A program made the translations under genes and the position numbers. DNA of 64,000 nucleotides from an uncultured Verrucomicrobiae bacterium (lineage in GTDB: Bacteria; Verrucomicrobiota; Verrucomicrobiia; Limisphaerales; Palsa-1400), in assembly GCA_963707025.1 (NCBI GenBank), contig CAVPOM010000007.1, forward strand, positions 64,001 through 128,000, given 5' to 3'. Below the pieces are notes generated by a model. The model saw only the letters and a program-made list of their open reading frames with translations. It was not told the origin of the DNA and searched no databases. Below, one piece after another: positions 60,623-64,000 of this stretch. Within the stretch, counting starts at the first letter, position 1. Each line of letters begins with the position of its first letter.

Positions 60623-60934
60623 TCAGGACTCCATTTTCATCACCACGAGATTCATGGTGCCGGGACGAACCCGGTAAAAAAAGACGCCGCTGTCGGGCGT
60701 AGCCGCATAAAAAATCAGCCAGCGCGGGAATCCACGCAGCCGCCAGGAGCGGATGCCAGCCGGGGACAAATCCTTTCGCTCGCGGCCAGCATAAGGGTTC
60801 TTCTCGATGAATTGAATCGTGGCGAGCAGAGCGTCATACCACCGTTCCGCCACCTCCGGCCCTGCCTTTTCCTTCAGCCAGAGCAACTCCTCTGCCAGGT
60901 CGAGCAGGAAGCGCGGGCGTTTGGCGGCGCTCAC
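60623..60934 (-). CDS. RelE/ParE family toxin
   Basis: P.AGRER..GIRSWRLRGFPRWLIFY. Confidence 0.8.
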   Translation of the reverse strand: MSAAKRPRFLLDLAEELLWLKEKAGPEVAERWYDALLATIQFIEKNPYAGRERKDLSPAGIRSWRLRGFPRWLIFYAATPDSGVFFYRVRPGTMNLVVMKMES

Positions 60935-61185
60935 TTCTTGCCTCTTAAAACCCGGTCCCGGATGGCCGCCATTTCCTTTTTGGTCAAGGGCGTTGCCGGC
61001 CCGCTGGCCAGGGCCTCGTCAATCCACTGTTGATCGCGCTTGGTCGTCAGCGCCGCATCAATCTGAAAGGTCCGTTCCAGCCGGCTCATGGCTTCCTGCG
61101 TGAGGCTGCGGAAATTCGCGGCTGCCTCGTTCTTCAACTGCGCGTGCAGCTCCGTCGGGATGTCTTTCAAAGTTATGCTGGCCAT
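60931..61185 (-). CDS. Arc/ribbon-helix-helix antitoxin
   Basis: MASITLKDIPTELHAQLK..A..N.RSL; EALASGPATP. Confidence 0.8.
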   Translation of the reverse strand: MASITLKDIPTELHAQLKNEAAANFRSLTQEAMSRLERTFQIDAALTTKRDQQWIDEALASGPATPLTKKEMAAIRDRVLRGKK

Positions 61186-61233
61186 ACCCCACAACCATAA
61201 TTGCACCACTCTGGTTTTGCAAGATGAGTTTTT

Positions 61234-61781
61234 CCAATGGGCAACACCATAAAGGCGCATCTTGACACCGTTGCTGGCGGAGTGCGGCCGTCCCCGGCCG
61301 CAGCAAGCCGGGGATTTCTTGGGTGCGCAGGTAGATTACCGGCGGGCCGTGTTTCCCACGCTGCTGCGCCCGAGGACGGGCGCACTCCTGTAGCCTTCTT
61401 GCGCAGGACTCTGTGTTTTTGGCCAAAGGGGCCAAACCATACTTTTGCCAAATGAAACAGACCGGTCCCTGCACAATTGAGCAAATATATGGTTTGACCC
61501 CTCGGACCACCAATGGGCAACACCATAAGGGCGCATCTTGACACCGTTGCTGGCGGAGTGCGGCCGTCCCCGGCCGCAGCAAGCCGGGGATTTCTTGGGT
61601 GCGCAGGAAGATTACCGGCGCACCGTGTTTCCCACGCTGCTGCGTCCGAGGACGGGCGCACTCCTGTAGCCTTCTTGCGCAGGACTCTGTGCTTTTGGCC
61701 AAAGGGGTCACCATACTTTTGCCCAATGAAACAGACCGGTCCCTGCACAATTGAGCAAATATATGGTTTGACCCCTCTGAC
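61234..61781. repeat. Tandem duplication of a ~276-bp composite of two REP-doublet families
   Basis: Units start at 61234 and 61510 (CCAATGGGCAACACC); each holds GGAGTGCGG..CGCACTCC and GGGG(T/C)CA..TGACCCC. Confidence 0.92.
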
Positions 61782-62513
61782 ATCTTGGCGGCGTTGCTCC
61801 TGCCCGTGTTGTCCAAGTCGAAGCTCAGCGCCCTCAAAATCGAATGCATCAGCAACCAACGTCAGGTGGGCCTTGCGCTGCTTTCCTATTGCGACGACAA
61901 TCACGATTTCTTTCCTGCCTACGCCGGTTGGGCCGGTTGGGGCGGCCAGAAAGGCTCTGGCAATCCTCCTTCACCAAACTTATCGGGCTACGCCTACAAC
62001 GTCCCCACCGAGGCGCGGCCTCTCTACCCATACACGAAAAACGCCCAAATCTTCCATTGTCCTTCCGACAAAGGAGATACCTTGGACTATCCGACATGGA
62101 ATGTCGGGCAAAGCTGTTTCGACGACTGGGGCAATAGTTACCTGATGCCTTGGCGGCAACCGGGCTACTGTTTCTCCACCATGGGACAAAACGGCCCGTT
62201 TGGCTGGTCCTATTTCGCCATCGAATGCATCGGAGGGGCGGTGGACGCCCAGACCAATCTCATAAACCCCTCGATGAAGGAATCCGAACTTGCTTCATTC
62301 ATCGCTTCCAAGATTGTCTTCATGGACTGGCCCGGTGCGCCTGACCGTCCTCTGGACAAGATTGACGCCTGGCATTCCGCCGTGGGCAAGCCCTATTTCA
62401 ACATTCTTTACGCGGACAACCACTGTCAGAGTTTTCTCTTCGCCATCACCAACCGCACTCCCATCACGACGCGAGGGGATGAGGTCAACCCAAGCGCTCG
62501 CGGTTTCTGGTAG
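61782..62513 (+). pseudogene. Prepilin-type (pseudopilin-like) protein lacking its N-terminal cleavage motif
   Basis: Begins mid-helix ILAALLLPVLSKSK..CISNQRQVG..Y.DD; CPSD; H..NILYADNH. Confidence 0.8.
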
Positions 62514-62600
62514 GGGAGCCGCCGCAGCTTGGTCAAAAGGGTCAGACCAGATCTTTGTCCAATAAGATGCGTAATAGCCTGTAAATCATTGAGTTACCAA

Positions 62601-62666
62601 AGGGGTCAAACTATAAGTTTGCTCAATTGTGCAGGGCCCGGTCTGTTTCATTGGGCAAAAGTATGG
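62601..62666. repeat. Inverted copy of the 66-bp element at 61711-61776
   Basis: 62/66 identical to the reverse complement. Confidence 0.9.
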
Positions 62667-63213
62667 TTCTCCCTCCTGTTTGCGGCTCCGCGCCTTGGCG
62701 CCTTTGCGTTGAAATCCTCGCACGCATTTTCTTTTGACTTGGCCCTTGACAAGAATTAGAACCTATGGTTGAATGGTCCGCGTGAGACACGTAGGCACAG
62801 TCCAATGCCGCCTTCGGGAAGATGCGGCCGGCGCAGGCGCGGAAGGCGCGGAGAAATCCCCGGCCCGTTGGCGGGCGGTCGAACACCAAAACCGGTGGCG
62901 GCGAATTTCACCTAGTTTCACCTGGTTTCACCTGATTTCAGCTAATTCCACCTGGTTTCACTTCCGGCCCTGGGGGGGGTGCCATGAACCCAACTTTGAA
63001 CCCACTCATAATCTTAATCCTAATCCTAATCACGGGGATGGACTTGCCATGAACCCAACAGCATTTCTCCTCAGGTACCGATCACAATTCCTCGAAGATT
63101 TTTTACCGCGGATTTCACGGATTACACGGATCAGGAAGACATCACTCCACCACTCCACCACTCCATTCTGCTGCCTCCCAATCAAGCCTGATCAAGCCTA
63201 ATCAAGGTATTTT

Positions 63214-64000
63214 ATGAAGGACCCAACACCCCATCTTGTGAAAAAGAAATTCTCCCGCAGGAAATTTGTCGCGGCGGCCGGGCTGGGCGCGTTGACCTCC
63301 GGTTCGCTCCGCGCCTTGGCCCAAGCGCCGGCGGCGCTGCAACCCTCCAGCGCCAGACCGGTGGTCATCTCCTCCGCCAACGGCAACCACTCCAAGGACG
63401 CCGACGGGCTGACTTGTGTGGCCCGCGCCTACAAAATGATCACCGAAGGCGCCGATGTGCTCGATGCCGTCATCGCCGGGGTCAACATTGTGGAGACCGA
63501 CCCGGAGGATACCAGCGTCGGCTACGGCGGCCTGCCCAATGCCGAGGGAGTCGTGCAACTGGACGCCTCGGTCATGCACGGGCCGCTCAAGCGGGCCGGC
63601 GCGGTGGCGGCCATCGAAGGCGTGCGCACTCCTTCGCTGGTGGCGAAAAAAGTGATGAACGAAACCGACCACCATCTGCTCGTCGGCAAAGGGGCCCAGG
63701 ATTTCGCCCGGGCCACGGGTTTCAAGATCGAGGAAAACCTGATCACGGAAAAATCGCGCAAGCTCTGGCTGGAATGGAAGCGGCGCACCGATCCCGATCA
63801 TTACCTGGATCCCAAGTCCCGTTCCGAAGCCTGGCATCGCGCGGGCTTGCAGATGGTCGCCGAGGGATTGATTGATCCGGACCACTTTTACGGAACCATC
63901 AACTGCAACGGGGTGAGCGCCAAAGGCGAAGTCTGCGGCGTCACCACCACCAGCGGCCTGGCCTGGAAGATCCCCGGCCGGGTGGGGGACTCGCCCATTC
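63214..64000 (+). CDS. N(4)-(beta-N-acetylglucosaminyl)-L-asparaginase, Tat-exported, partial
   Basis: SRRKFV Tat motif; SVGYGGLPN, LDASVM, GTI, TTTSG..KIPGRVGDSP. Confidence 0.92.
   Translation, partial: MKDPTPHLVKKKFSRRKFVAAAGLGALTSGSLRALAQAPAALQPSSARPVVISSANGNHSKDADGLTCVARAYKMITEGADVLDAVIAGVNIVETDPEDTSVGYGGLPNAEGVVQLDASVMHGPLKRAGAVAAIEGVRTPSLVAKKVMNETDHHLLVGKGAQDFARATGFKIEENLITEKSRKLWLEWKRRTDPDHYLDPKSRSEAWHRAGLQMVAEGLIDPDHFYGTINCNGVSAKGEVCGVTTTSGLAWKIPGRVGDSPI

Noticed and set aside
61234..61781. Diversity-generating retroelement TR/VR pair
   Set aside because: No reverse transcriptase, differences are not confined to adenines, and neither copy lies in a target gene
61058..61904. ORFs with internally repeated peptides
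   Set aside because: Translations of the tandem non-coding repeat and the antisense of the prepilin fragment

Overview
64 kb of GC-rich bacterial chromosome, probably Verrucomicrobiota (Pedosphaera/Limisphaerales-like) judging by gene content; this placement is an inference. The backbone carries two ABC ATPase/permease pairs, arsR, aminopeptidase P, tRNA-Val(GAC), queG, aroK, an AddB-like nuclease, an LPS/glycan cluster (MsbA-like flippase, GT9, GT2, GT4, GT10, sulfotransferase, deacetylase), GH29 and GH2 hydrolases, a polyamine locus, lpxK-waaF, mtnP, purU and a glycosylasparaginase. Accessory features: (1) An integrase-less integron cassette array (37370-40075) with four complete attC sites, one half site and five ORF cassettes, bounded by a duplicated GH2 3' end. 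(2) A decayed low-GC island (about 46773-51930) that truncates a vapC and holds HEPN-like and nucleotide-cyclase-like genes broken by two IS4-family copies. (3) A four-gene Mu-like repressor/Gam module. (4) Five toxin-antitoxin-like pairs. (5) Many REP-like palindromes and 6-10-mer tandem repeats that nest inside each other, sit inside attC sites and are translated in frame inside QueG and AddB. About eight single-base frameshifts in otherwise intact genes are probably sequencing or assembly errors. All product names come from motif recognition, not database searches.
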